Below, one piece after another: positions 39,204-51,835 of a stretch of DNA of 64,000 nt. How positions within the stretch are numbered: position 1 is the stretch's first letter; each line of letters begins with the position of its first letter. The DNA comes from Octopus vulgaris (taxonomy: Eukaryota): NCBI GenBank assembly GCA_951406725.2, contig OX597817.1:108252001-108316000 (forward strand), read 5' to 3'. The notes beneath the pieces were generated by a model that did no database searches, was not told the origin of the DNA, and saw only the letters and a program-made list of their open reading frames with translations. The position numbers were made by a program, and so were the translations under genes.

Positions 39204-40470
39204 TATTGAGTCATCCCATAAATAATGGGTTTTTTTTCAATTGCATGAACTAAAAGTCGGAGGGGGACGCGATAAACTACCTGCATCAACTTGTTATAAA
39301 AGCAGGTTGTAATTTTATCTGTGGTTTTATTCTTAGTGCAAGTTTTGGAGAGTGCAGTTCGATTTTAACAGTTATTTTTTCAAAGCTATAATGGAAGCGA
39401 CAAAGGAGCATATTCGGCATATTTTACTTTATGAGTTCAATAAAGGCAACAACGCAACGGAAAGTGCGAGGAATATTAATGCAGTATATGGGGATCGGAC
39501 AATAAGCGTAAGCCGGTGTCAAAGGTGGTTCCAGAAATTCCGAGCTGGAAACTACAACCTTAAAGACGAGCCTCGTCCTGGAAGATCTGTAGAACTCGAC
39601 GAGGAACAAAATTCCATCGTAACTGTTGAGGAACTAGCAGAGAGGTTTGGATTTGGTCATTCAGCCATTCATCGACACCGGTGTGCCATCGGAAAAGTCA
39701 GCAAATTGGGGCAATAGGTTCCTCACAAACTTTCCGAGTCTAATCGCGCGCAGAAAGTGAATGTGTTCTCTTCTTTGCTGTCACGTCTCCCGAATGAACC
39801 TTTTTTTGACCGAATAGTGACTGGTGACGAGAAATGGGGTTTCTATAAAAATGTCAAGCGCCGAAGACTGTGGGTAGGGAAAGGAGAAACACTGGCACCA
39901 CAGGATAAAGAAGGTCTTCACCCACATAAGGTGTTATCTGTTTGGTGGGATATGAAAGGTTTAGTCCGCTTTGAACTTTTAAACCCAAACCAAACGATAA
40001 GAAAGGGGATCTACGGCGAGTAGCTTGAGCGACTTAAGTCAGCGCTAGGAGAAAAAATACCATCTTTGGTTTCAAGACGAAAGGTGTTCTTCCACTAGGA
40101 TAATGCTCGGCCACATACAGCGAGGATGACATTCCAAAAGCTGGAGTAGTTTGAATGGGAAACGATACTTCACCCAACATATTCGCTGGACATTGCCCTA
40201 TCTGATTATCATTTATTCCGCAGTCTTCAAAATGATTTGGACGGCAATAATATGAATTCTGTAGACGAGGTCAGAACAGTACTGGCGGAGTATTTTTCAT
40301 CACGGACAACTGAAAATTTGGAAGAGGGGCCTTGCAAGTCTACCAGATAGATGGAAGAGCATTATAGAAAATAAAGGAGAGTATATTTTAAATTAAAAGA
40401 GAACTTTATCTTAATTTTGAAAAATAAAAGTAGTATAAATAAATCGCATTATCTATAGGATGACCCAATA
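39204..40470 (+). mobile_element. Full-length mariner (DD34D) with inactivated transposase (~39391-40396)
   Basis: TIRs TATTG(A/G)GTCATCC.ATA.ATAATG in TA context; motifs *VPHKL, IVTGDEKW, DNARPH, YSLDIALSDYHLF; multiple stops. Confidence 0.95.
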
Positions 40471-40478
40471 TATATATA

Positions 40479-40564
40479 AGAGATGGTGTTGTGGATTTCC
40501 AACTCGGCATCTGAAACTCAGAGTTTTATCTTTGCTATTGAATAATTGTCACATATTATTTTAC

Positions 40565-40570
<6 letters not shown>
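40479..40570 (+). mobile_element. Truncated copy of the 16043 hammerhead element
   Basis: ggcatctgaaactcagagttttatc...aataattgtcacatat; the 5' core is missing. Confidence 0.65.
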
Positions 40571-40614
<44 letters not shown>

Positions 40615-41646
40615 ATACATGAATACATACATATATGTATCTCTTTGCGTTTGTATCTTTGTATGTGTTTGACAACCGGTGTTGCTATGTTTACGTTCCT
40701 GTAACTAGCAGTTCATCAAAAGATGTCGGTAGAATAAGTACAAAGCTTAGAAAACAAACCAACAAATAAAAATCTAAGTACTGGGTCGATTCATTCGACT
40801 AAAATTCCTCAAGGTGGTGCTGCAGCATGGCCACGATCTAATGACTAAAACAAATAAAAGATAATTTTTTGCGGTGGAGGTGGGAGTGTTCACGCTTGCT
40901 CTTGAGGGTTAATTCCCTTATTTATTTGTATTTTGGGGTCTACAATAACAGCAATGAGTGGGTGAAGAATAAAACACTCGGGTATTACTCAGAGTTGTTT
41001 CCCTTTAATTCAAAATATTAATAACGTTTTGTAGGAGGAAGGATAGTTTGAATTAAAAAAAAATAATCTTAAACTGTTACTTTTAATTAACAAATTTGGT
41101 ACTGCAAGTTAAAGAATATATTATTTGTTTCTTAAATAATTCCAAGTAGGTTTTAATCTAATTTTTAAATAGCAAGTTTTAACTAATAGCATTTATATTT
41201 TCTGACATAAAATACAAATGACTTTATTTTTATAATTGGTTTGTAAAGGTTGGTGAGCTGCAGAATCGTTTGGATATCAAAAGAAAAAAAAAAGGAAGAA
41301 AAATAAATTAGCGATATTTTATCTGACTCATGACATTGTGAGTTCAAAATCTTACTGCGGTCAAATTTGCTTTCCGTTCTTTTTTCTGTTTTGAGGGGTC
41401 GTGGAGGTTTGATAAAAATAAACTATTAATCTCCCTTGAAAATTGCTGATCTTGTGCTAAAATCAGAAACGATTAAGATGGCGAAGTGGCAGAATTTTGC
41501 AACGTCGGAAAAGAAGAAGCAAAAAGAAAAGAAAAAGATGTCACAAAGTGTTTTGTTCTGGTTTACTCCGAGATCAACTTTTCCTTTTCATACTTTTGGG
41601 GTCGATACTTTATCGACCTAGGTATTTTGGGTCGATAAAGTATCAC

Positions 41647-41973
41647 TCAAGTATTTTGTCTAAGGTACACTTGCTGAATTCTTGTTCTCCGATGTCCTCT
41701 ATAGGTACCCCATTTGGCAGGCATGTGTGAAAAGCTGACGTCGGATTACCACGAACTTGTCACGAACAGAGAATCTGGGCTACTGACGTTTGTTTGAATC
41801 TAGTAATAGTGGTTGTGATGCAGCAGCTAGTAGCTGTAACTACATAGGAAAATGTTTATTGCTTACACTTGTTGTTGCTCTTTGCTAGAAATATAACTTC
41901 GTCTCGAAGAATTCTTCGTACAAGGTCAGACAGCTGAAAGCAACATGGCTTTAGGTGGGTTATTCTGTTTGAA
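41647..41973 (-). pseudogene. Inverted partial copy of the PHPT1-like gene (5' UTR + frameshifted first codons)
   Basis: Matches 2102-2420 with few mismatches; a 26-nt deletion after MPAK gives a 25-aa ORF 41724-41647. Confidence 0.9.
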
Positions 41974-42094
41974 CTGGAGAAAAAGTGAGTGAGTGAGCGA
42001 GTAAGAAAGAAAGAGAGAGAGAGAGAGAGAGACAGATACGTAGATAGATAGATAGAGAGAGAGAAAACATTGAACGAATATGTACAAATAGATG

Positions 42095-42485
42095 CAGGAG
42101 TGGCTGTATGGTAAGAAGTTTGCTTCCCAACCACATGGTTCCAGTCCCATTGCGTTCAATCCCACTGCGAGGCACCTTGAGTATGTCTCTTCTACTAAAG
42201 CCTTGCGAATGAATTCGGTAGATAGAAACAGAAAGAAGCCCGTCGTACACACACAACACACACACGTGTGTGTGTGTGTTTGTTCCCCTACCACTGCTTG
42301 AAAGCGGTGTAGGTGTGTTTACGTCCTCGCAACTTAGCGGTTCGGCCTGAGAATCGATAGAATAAGTACCAAACTTAAAAAAGACAAAATAAGTACCGGG
42401 GTTAATTCATTCAACTAGAAATTCTTCAAGGCGGTGCTCCAGCATGGCCACAGTCTACTGCCTGAAACAAGCAGAAGGTGAAAGA
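42095..42485 (+). mobile_element. tRNA-derived SINE
   Basis: Same family as 25610-26008. Confidence 0.8.
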
Positions 42486-42804
42486 TATGAACTGACAAGT
42501 AGGCAATGCAATCTGCATATTATTAATTAGAATTTCTAATTTCTAGCAAATCAATATTGTTACTAATATTAAAAAGAAAAAAAATTGTTGGAAGACGAAG
42601 AGCAACGTTGATGACCTTCCAGATGGGTCAGTGATGATCAGTTCATGCACAAAAGAAAAAAAGAATGTCTGGTAGAGAAATAGATCGTAGCTCTGATGAT
42701 TGTGCAGTAGTGAAAACGCATTCCCCTTCCCACGTGACGAAGTCAGTTGTTGTAGCAAATCAGTAATAGTAGAGTCGTACGAGTTATTAATTGGAGTCAG
42801 TGTC

Positions 42805-42985
42805 AGTTACGTGATATATACGAGTTCGTGATATATATGCGAGTTACGTATATATCACGAGTTCGTGATATATATGCGAGTTACGTATATATCACGAGTT
42901 CGTGATATATATGCGAGTTACGTATATATCACGAGTTCGAGATATATATGCGAGTTACGTATATATCACGAGTTCGTGATATATA
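42805..42985 (+). repeat. 35-37-bp tandem repeat inside the LTR
   Basis: gagttcgtgatatatatgcgagttacgtatatatcac about 4.5 times. Confidence 0.9.
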
Positions 42986-43229
42986 GGGCGGCGAGCTGGC
43001 AAAAACGTTAGCACACCGGGCGAAATGCTTAGCGGAATTTCGTCTGCCGTTACATTCTGAGTTCAAAATCCGCCTAGGTTGACTTTGCCTTTCATCCTTT
43101 CGGGGTCGATTAAATAAGTACCAGTTATGCACTGGGGTCAATGTAATCGACTTAATCCTTTTCTCTGTCCTTGTTTGTCCCCTCAATGTTTAGCCCCCCC
43201 CCCCCACCACCTGTGGGCAATAAAGAAAT
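42986..43229 (+). mobile_element. Young Nin-domain-type SINE inserted in the LTR
   Basis: ggcggcgagctggc head through gcaataaagaaata tail; CpGs intact. Confidence 0.9.
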
Positions 43230-45110
43230 AGATATATACGAGTTCGAGTCATCGTGAAGGTAGACTTTTCAAAGCTATTGTCTTGCGGAGCTATCAGTGA
43301 TAGCAGGATAGACGAATCAAGGATTATAAGACGCGCAATACCGCCACAACACAATAGTGGCGACAAGAATATTACAGTGCCGACAATAAAATACAAGTGG
43401 ACGAGGATCCACATTATAACTGGCGACGAGGATATAAACATTTTACGCGGACAACGTTGAAAAACAAAAATATTTTCACGAGAAAATAAACAATTCACGC
43501 GGACGACGTTGAAAAACTTTTCACGTGGAGAAACTCAACTGGAGAGTAACAAACATTTTTGTTCTACTTATTTTACGAAAAATCCGTAAAATTATGGAAA
43601 ACTAGTCAGAGAGTCTAGTTGAGTTCCAAAAACAGCAACGACTCGACGAACAACAAGAACAACAACAAATGTTATGGCGACAAATGCTACAACTAATGAA
43701 ATTGGGTAGCAAAACCGGAAAATACGTTTTCGCCAGACCATGTAGCAAATTCAATAAATGAATTTAAATATGACCCGGAAGAAAAAGTCACCTTCGAAGC
43801 ATATTATCGAAGTTTTGAACAAATTTTCGAAAATGAATGACAAGACTTGAAATAAAAACGCGTCTAATTCTGAGGAAAATAGCGACGATAGAGCATGAAA
43901 CACACTGTAACTTTATATTGCCTAAAAAGGTTTCTGGCATAAATTTCACAGATACAACATTTTATGTAGGAAATTTAGTGAAAAAACATCGTTGTTCAAC
44001 ACACGTTGGAAGTGTTTGAATACCGAGAAACGTGATGACGAAGACTTTACCACATATGTGGGTAGAGTAAACAGAGCGTGCGAGAGATTTAAACTGGATA
44101 AACTAATTCCAGACTCGTTCAAGTGCCTGATGTTTGTTCAGGGACTTACATAACTCTCCAGAAACTGTCAGAAGAGTGTGATATGATATTAATATGACAC
44201 AGAAGAAATCCAAAGCAGAGATTGTTAACAGATAAAACTTGTGTGGAAGAGATGGAAGACGGATGAGGTGTTTCACAAAGATCACGATATACAACAGGAG
44301 ATAAATCCATGTATGGCATGCGGTGATAGCTACTTGAGAAAAGAGTGTCCGTTCAAAATAGCAAAATATTTTTCGTTGTGGGAAAACAGGACACATTAAA
44401 TCGCACTACAGAACTAAGATGACGAAAATCTGGACTAAACGAGAAAAAATAAATAGTTTGTCGTTTGAGAAAAAAGTTTGTATAACGAACAGAAAATCCA
44501 TCAAGGCGAGAATCGAAACCACTAGTGTCAAAATGCAATTAGACATGGGTAGTGATATCACTCATAAATGAAGAAACAGCGAAAAATCGGTAAGCCGAAA
44601 TTATTTATATATAAAAAAAAGTAGCATATGGTGTTACAGGAAAGAAACTATATTTCAACGGCGAATGTATTTGCAACGTAACTTTTCGAGATGGAACGAA
44701 AAGGACAATCATTTATGTATTGAAAAAAAATTACTAAACCTATTTGACACAAAATGCATAGAGTTATTTAGAATGTGGGATACTCCCATTAGTGTTCTCT
44801 GTGAAAATGTAGTCGGCACGGTTAAAAGTTCGAAGGAAGTCGAACAACTGAGACTATTGGATCCATGAGGTAACTTTCTGCCCAGCCATAACCAACGACT
44901 ACATAATATATAGCGGATCTTCTGTGTAGAAATAGATGTACAACTGCTACTGTTAAATATAATGTCCCACGTAAATTATCGTCGTCCGATCTGTTTCAGT
45001 GGTAATCAACTTCTATACTTAGTATTACTAATAATGAACTACAGTGCAAATATAGGAGAAATTAAGATAAACATAAGGTTATATTATAATTGAGACATTA
45101 GTGCTCTGTA

Positions 45111-45218
45111 TACAGGCATCCAGCAACAGGACCTCCGTAATGCCATGATGGACCGTGAAGTCTGGCGTAGCATGGTAAATTCCATTGTCTCGACCACGGT
45201 CGAACAATGATGATGATG
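45111..45218 (+). mobile_element. RTE-type LINE 3' end
   Basis: TGIQQQDLRNAMMDREVWRSMV...* followed by a (TGA)n tail. Confidence 0.7.
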
Positions 45219-45356
45219 AAATACTCTGTAACATAAGACAGTAACTTGTTCCCTGGTGATCAGTGGTAGTGAAACATCCAATTTCAGTTGAAACACCCAA
45301 TGCAGAACTCCAAAGGAACCACAATGATGAAACGTACGTGGGAACTAATAATCCTT

Positions 45357-45558
45357 TTTACTAAAGGCACACGGTCTGAAATTTGGTAGGAGGGGAATAG
45401 TCAATTACATCAATCCCAGTACGCAACTGGCACTTATTTCATCGACTCTGAAAGAATGAAAGGCAAAGTCGACTTCGGTGGAATTTGAATTTAGAACGTA
45501 CGAAATGTAGCAAAGTATTTTGTCCTGCGTGCTCACGATTCTACCAGCTCGCTGCCTT
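45357..45558 (-). mobile_element. Nin-domain-type SINE
   Basis: Family sequence. Confidence 0.75.
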
Positions 45559-47757
45559 TAGACGTAGGAACTATTAATAATATAAACTTGTGTTTATCTT
45601 AATTTCTCATATTTGTTTGTGTGTGTGCTCATGTGTGCGTGCGCGTGTCTGTTTGCGTTAACAGAGCCATGTCTCCGTCCGTTTGTCTTTCCGTCTATTC
45701 ACCTGTCATACCACACCGTATTTCAATGATTTCATAATTTGATAAAGGTATTATGACATCATTTCAATCATTGTTTCAACAGAGAAAATTAAAAGAAAGT
45801 AATTTTGCTTATATTTTTCCTTTGCTTTATATTTCATTTGAAAATTTTAACACATTTCTGTTATGATGTCATAATGTGCTGATTACTCTTATGAATATGT
45901 GGTCCATAATTTCCAAGTAATTGGAGAAACGAAATAACAATGAATTCGTTTTATTCATTGAATTTACGAAGGTAACGCATTTGGTCAGATTTATTTTTTT
46001 CCTACCGTACCTCTGAAAAATAAAAATCACCATGACTATTTCACTCTTAAAATACAATAGACTGCGACGAAAGGAAAAGGATAAAGATGGGGAGACTGGA
46101 AGAATATGAAAGGTACAGTTTATTGTAAACTTAATTCGATTTATAGAATACGGTTTATTCTCAAACCTCTTATATTCGAGATTAGTTAACTATTTTACAA
46201 AAAAAAAAAAAAAGTTCTGCTGATGGTAAAGGCAAATATATATTTTCCACTTATATTGATATTCAACAATTTTGGAAATAAAAAAAAATAGATAAAGAAA
46301 ACTATTTTATCACTTACTTTCAGTATGAGGAAGTTTTGGCTAAGATATTGCACTAGCACTGAAATGTTAAGTTATTGTTGGTAACATTATTTTTTTAAGA
46401 ATTCATCGTCTGCGATAAATATTACTTACAAACATAAACATATAAATATGAGAGCTTTCGTGTAGTCATTCGACTTGCTAGAAATATCAGCCAAATTTCC
46501 TTCAAGTCAGTCACAAAACTACATCATAATGATGGAAATTGAACCTTTTCCTCGATACATTGTCTGGAAAAGTCATCTAAATAAATGTAAATATTGTACT
46601 ATGTCTATGCTGGGTTCACAGAAAAGGAACTGCAACATTTTTAAAGTAAGCGTTTTTAGTTAATCAATATAAAAAGATTATTAATTCATTCTTCATTGAG
46701 AAAGACAACCTAGATTTCAATAATTTACCCACTTAAAAAAAGCGCCTAATATAACTTCCGTTTTTGTTTTCTTTTTGAAAATGAAAACAGGAAAAGTTCA
46801 ACGACTCATTGTATTTTTCGTTTGCAATTCTACTTTTTCCTTTGTTCCCGGACAAAGAATAAAAGCATGAAACGTAGGATTTGTCTTTCTCTACAGCAAA
46901 TGAACGCATAGAATATTTCTATGCACTCCCCTTCAAGACGTTTGGTATCGTTTAAGTAAACTAAAACCCAATCGGCCTATCGCTACTAATCATTTTATTC
47001 GGTGATGTTAGTTCTCTCGGTTATTCATAAAATATTCTACGTATTTTGAACGCTTGTGACGGTGGAGAAGGCAAACTTTTGCATCATATGAATGGGAATG
47101 ACCGAGATACCAGAATTCCATTATTTTCTCTTCAGGATAGAGAACCTAGTCTTTAGCAGTCTTGTTGATGTTGTTTAGCTCCATGTCAGCTTTGATCAAA
47201 TAGATCATCAGACAGGCAATCCTATTCCATCCTCCCCACCCCATACAGTGGTCTACATTATAAAAAGTCTTTCCTTTTTAAATAAATGTGGTGTAATTTG
47301 AAGATACCTGGCTTCTTTTTCTAGCAGATATTGCTGACCTGCCATTCACTTAAGTGGTATCTATTTCTGACAAACATACTATGGCTCATATGCTTGTTCT
47401 AAGGTAGATTTGAACTCATAAAATTTTACCGGCGTATCTTTTTAAAGTTACTTTATTCAAGCCTGCTAGAAACAGCTACCTGTATTTCTAATCAACGTTT
47501 ACTGTAGATTATGTTTATAAACACCCCAAAATATCATGGGGTTTCTTTTCCTGCTTTATTTCGGTATTAGTTGCCAAAGATTCCAGAAATGAATTTTGAA
47601 ATGTTTCAAACATTCTTTAGCTTGATGTCAGATTGCTTATCTAACAAACGCCAAGGAGTTACAAGGAGTAACTGCCATAAATGTTTACTTGAGAAACAAC
47701 TATCTCTCTCACACATAATAAAATATCAATATACAGTAGTTGATGATAAGTTGATAA

Positions 47758-48447
47758 CCCATGAGAGTTCCGGATCCCAGTAATGAACTCATTTGCATAC
47801 AGCCAATCAGAGCTCACCTTGACCTTGTTGTCAAGTTAACAAAGGTTGGCATTCAAAGTGGCGACCTCCGATTGCCATGCGAATCTTGTGTTCTGCTTTC
47901 ATTCAGATGCCAATATCATCGGTACTGAACACAAACGCTGGTTAGCTGTAGGTTTGAATTACTATATCAATCAAAGATAATGTTTTGGACGAATATGAAA
48001 GTACGGAAACTGCTTGAAGGTTTTATGAATACGCATTGATTCACTGATACGAATTATGGACGTGTGTGTATTGTTAATGTATCTTTAGCTATCCAAGTCC
48101 CACATGTGCATTTTCCTGTGGTCTTCAGCGAAAAACGAATTTTATTTATTTTATGAGCTTTTGTACAAAAAAAAAGTCACGAAAATGTGCGAGTACTATT
48201 AGTAGTAATTATAGATTAATTTATTATAATTATTGAATTTAATTCTATGTCAAACCTACAGCTAACCAGCGTATGTGTTTGGTATCGATGATATTGGCAG
48301 AATGAGAGCAGAACACAAGATTCGCATGGCGATCGGAGGTCGCCATTTTGAATGCCAACCTTTGTTAACTTGACAACAAGGTCAAGGTGAGCTCTGACTG
48401 GCTGTATGCAAATGAATTCATAAAATAAGGTCCGGAACTCTCGCGGG
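47758..48447. mobile_element. Long-TIR fold-back element
   Basis: ~200-bp arms 47758-47957 / 48250-48447; related termini at 61043-61542. Confidence 0.85.
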
Positions 48448-50324
48448 AAAAAAAAAAAAATTCGCTGCCGGGTGAAATACTTAGCGGCGTTTTGTCTTTC
48501 TTCGTGTTCTGAGTTCAAATTCCAACGAGGTCGACTTTGCTTTTCATTCTTTAAGAGTCGATAAAATAAGTACCAGTTGAGCACTGAGGTCGATGTAATC
48601 GACTTAGCTGGCCTTGTGCTCAAATTTGAAACCAATATGCAGCTCTTGATGATAAGAGTGAATTATTCACGCTGATGCTACTGTAGTGATACCATTTTGG
48701 AAATCTTCAGCACGCATGCGCAGAGTTTGGATTTTTCCGGGAAGCCTGCTGGAAGTTCCCTCATGCGTATGTGCAGAAAACTAGCAGCAGCAAAATTTCC
48801 CGCGTATCGACCTCTCTCGAATGCTGACAGTCTAACAGGACGGTCGTGTTGCAGCAGCTCTCTCAAACTGCCACATCGTGGCTACACTATGCTTGAACGG
48901 ACAGGATTTGGCTCACTCCACTTGACTACTGCGATGAGCTCCTAGGCTGCCGATTCGCCCTGAAGAAGAATGTATATATTGCGAATCCAGAAATAAAAAT
49001 ATTTATGCTGTTGAAGATATTCGGAAGTCTTGGTTTTTCCTTCGATTAATAATTTAATGTAAGCGATGAGTGCTGCACCCCGCCAGTGTTATAGACTTTT
49101 CATCCTGTTACACTACTTTAAAAGTATTGTCTGGGTGTGTTAGAAAGGTATTCATAACAGAGCCAAAACACTGTCTTCAAATTAATATTGAAATAATCTT
49201 ACCCAGGAAATATTTTTGAAATATCAAACATCAGAGCAAAGAAGTATAAAAATAGAAACCATGAAAATTCTGGAATATTCAAAGTGTACAGAATTAACGA
49301 GATTGTTTACATTAATATGTTTTTATTTGTCAGAGGAAAAGTAACAAGTCACAAACGCCTTAAGTTCTTTTGTTGTGTGATAGTTTAATTAATGTTTGGT
49401 TTAGAGATGGAACGAAAAAAAAAGAAAAAGTTACTAGAAGGTAAATTAAATGAGATTCAGTAGAGAAGAAATTGAGCAAATGTTTAACATGAAATCTGGA
49501 AGGAGAGTAATAATGAGGCTGACAAAAATAGATTGAAATATAACGAAACAACTTTTTAGGAAGGGACAAGACAAAAGAGAGTCACCGTAAAACAAGTTAA
49601 TTTCTTTGGTAGCACTGATTGTAGATCTATAATCACTTGTTGAAGCGGCCTATTGCCTAATAAAACGTCAATAATTAAATCTTATAATTGCATTGTATCA
49701 TGTTCACATCTTTGAAATTCTCTTGAATCCCGCTGAAATCCTATTTGGTTAAGCAGCCCATTTCGTTTTGTTAAAATGTTCGTGCAGATTCTCTGAACGA
49801 AGCGTTCGTTGATACTTTTGCAAGGAACATGCTTTATTTTTTTGTTCCTAATTCAAAATTAACTACAATGATGCATACTAAGAATGAAAATTATTATGCA
49901 TTCAGTTCTCAAGGAAGTTCTCGCTGATATCAAATTCCTTTATGCTTAAAAACAATCAAGTTTCTGATGTTTGGCAATGAGACAAAGCTTTTAAAAGAGG
50001 AAATAATAGAAATCTTTAGAGAGTTTAGAGATAATATACTCGCATATAAAAGTGAATATACAGGCTAGTACCAAATAGGGACAACAGAAAAAGCTTTTGC
50101 TTTCGTTCGTGGAATCTTTAAGTCGAATTGTAGCTTGTTAATACCTAATTACTGTCGATACATAGAGTTTCAACTGAAATTTTCTATAGCATATATACAA
50201 TAATGCACTATTGTATTGTCAAAATTTTCGTTAATTTAGAGTCTAGCATTTAATTTTAGCCAAAGAAATAAACTCCCGACTGTCGAGCTCAGAATGACCC
50301 AAACTCAAATCAAGTATCTTAGAC

Positions 50325-51781
50325 TAAAGGTTCTCAACCCATTTTGGCTAAAGGCCCCATTTTGACCATTGCTCCCCCCTCCCGAAAATATATTTATTTT
50401 TCAATATACTACCTATTTTGATATCAGCAGATAATGATTAAAAAATAAAGGACGTTGTTTTACATATGCGTTTGTACGCAGTTGGGAGTACAAATGTACA
50501 AACTGAAATGCCCCCCCCCCAAAAAAAAAACAAGCAAACGAAATAATGAATTGAAAGTTTGGTAATTGCGTTTATTTTCACCATGCGACACTTATGAGAT
50601 CAACGTGTAGTTTATCGAAAGAGTGCTCTTTCGTATAAGTAAATGCCTATGAAATCATTTCAAACCTTTCCGATTTCCCTTATCAAAACAGCTAGAACTT
50701 GTGCAACAATCTGACATATAAGTTATTGAAACCCGGGAAGAGCATTTTTTATGCGCAAGAAAGAGTGTATTTGACTGAAATTCTTGAAATACATATGCAC
50801 TTCATATGAGTAGCCAATTGTGGAGGATGGTATTCACTGTACTGGATCTAGTTAGTTTGAGTTACAAAATCAGCCCCCTTTTAAAATTACGTCAAAATCT
50901 GAAAATTTGTCATATTAAACATTCATTTCTTATTCAGGATCTAGTTTGTTTCATTCACAAAATCTGCATTTTTTTAAAAGGAAGTAAAAAATCTGACAAT
51001 TGGTTATATTGATGCAGTTTTCCACGCTTATTCTTACGAAGCCATGAACTTCTGGAGAAAAAAATTGACGCACACAATTTTTTTTAAATTCGTGGTTTTA
51101 AAATACGGACAGTTCGAATCTACCATTCATTTCTCTTTATAATTTCCAAATAATTTTTTAAATACTTCAAAATCAAAATTGCGTAAATGTGTGCTAGAAA
51201 CAGTAGTTAAAAATTAAGCAAATAGATGTATATACACGTGGGTGTATACGTATTGTTTTAATTATATACAGACACATATTATACACGCACATACACACAT
51301 AAAAAACTGGCATATCGTCGGTTACGACAATCACAGATATCCAAAATTTCTTCACCACTCTTCCAACTTCATTTTTCCTCTTAAACAGAAGGCTCTCGCC
51401 TACTTAGGTTATATGTCGTACCATTGCACGGCTGTCTGTCTGTTAATATTGCTGATGGACATGCAGCATGTCACTGACATTTCACATATAAAGTCCAGGA
51501 TTATGTGAAAAAGTGTGAAGACCATCAATTGACTTTTTTTTTTCCATAAAAGTATAAAAAAATTATTTGGAAATTATAAAGAGAAACGAATGGTAGATTC
51601 GGACTGTCTATATTTTAAAACCACGAATTAAAAAAGAGGAAAATTAGCGGAGAAGAGGAGGAGAGATTTTTTTGTTGTTGCATAATCATATCAATTCCAT
51701 TATGCAGAAGACAGAATCGAAAAAAATTTGTAAAAATACGAAAGTTATGAGGGGTTTTAGCACGTGCTTACATCATAATTC

Positions 51782-51835
<54 letters not shown>

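Larger units (their letters stand above)
42586..44860 (+). mobile_element. Ty3/gypsy (Mag-like) remnant: 5' LTR, PBS, gag, protease
   Basis: TGTTG...CAACA LTR (42586-43351); PBS TGGCGACGAGGAT 43421; FKYDPEEKVTFEAYY; FKCLMFVQGL; CCHC knuckle remnants; MQLDMGSDIT. Confidence 0.85.

Noticed and set aside
42805-42985. CRISPR-like array
   Set aside because: Contiguous tandem units without unique spacers, in eukaryotic context with no cas genes; likewise 33795-33955.
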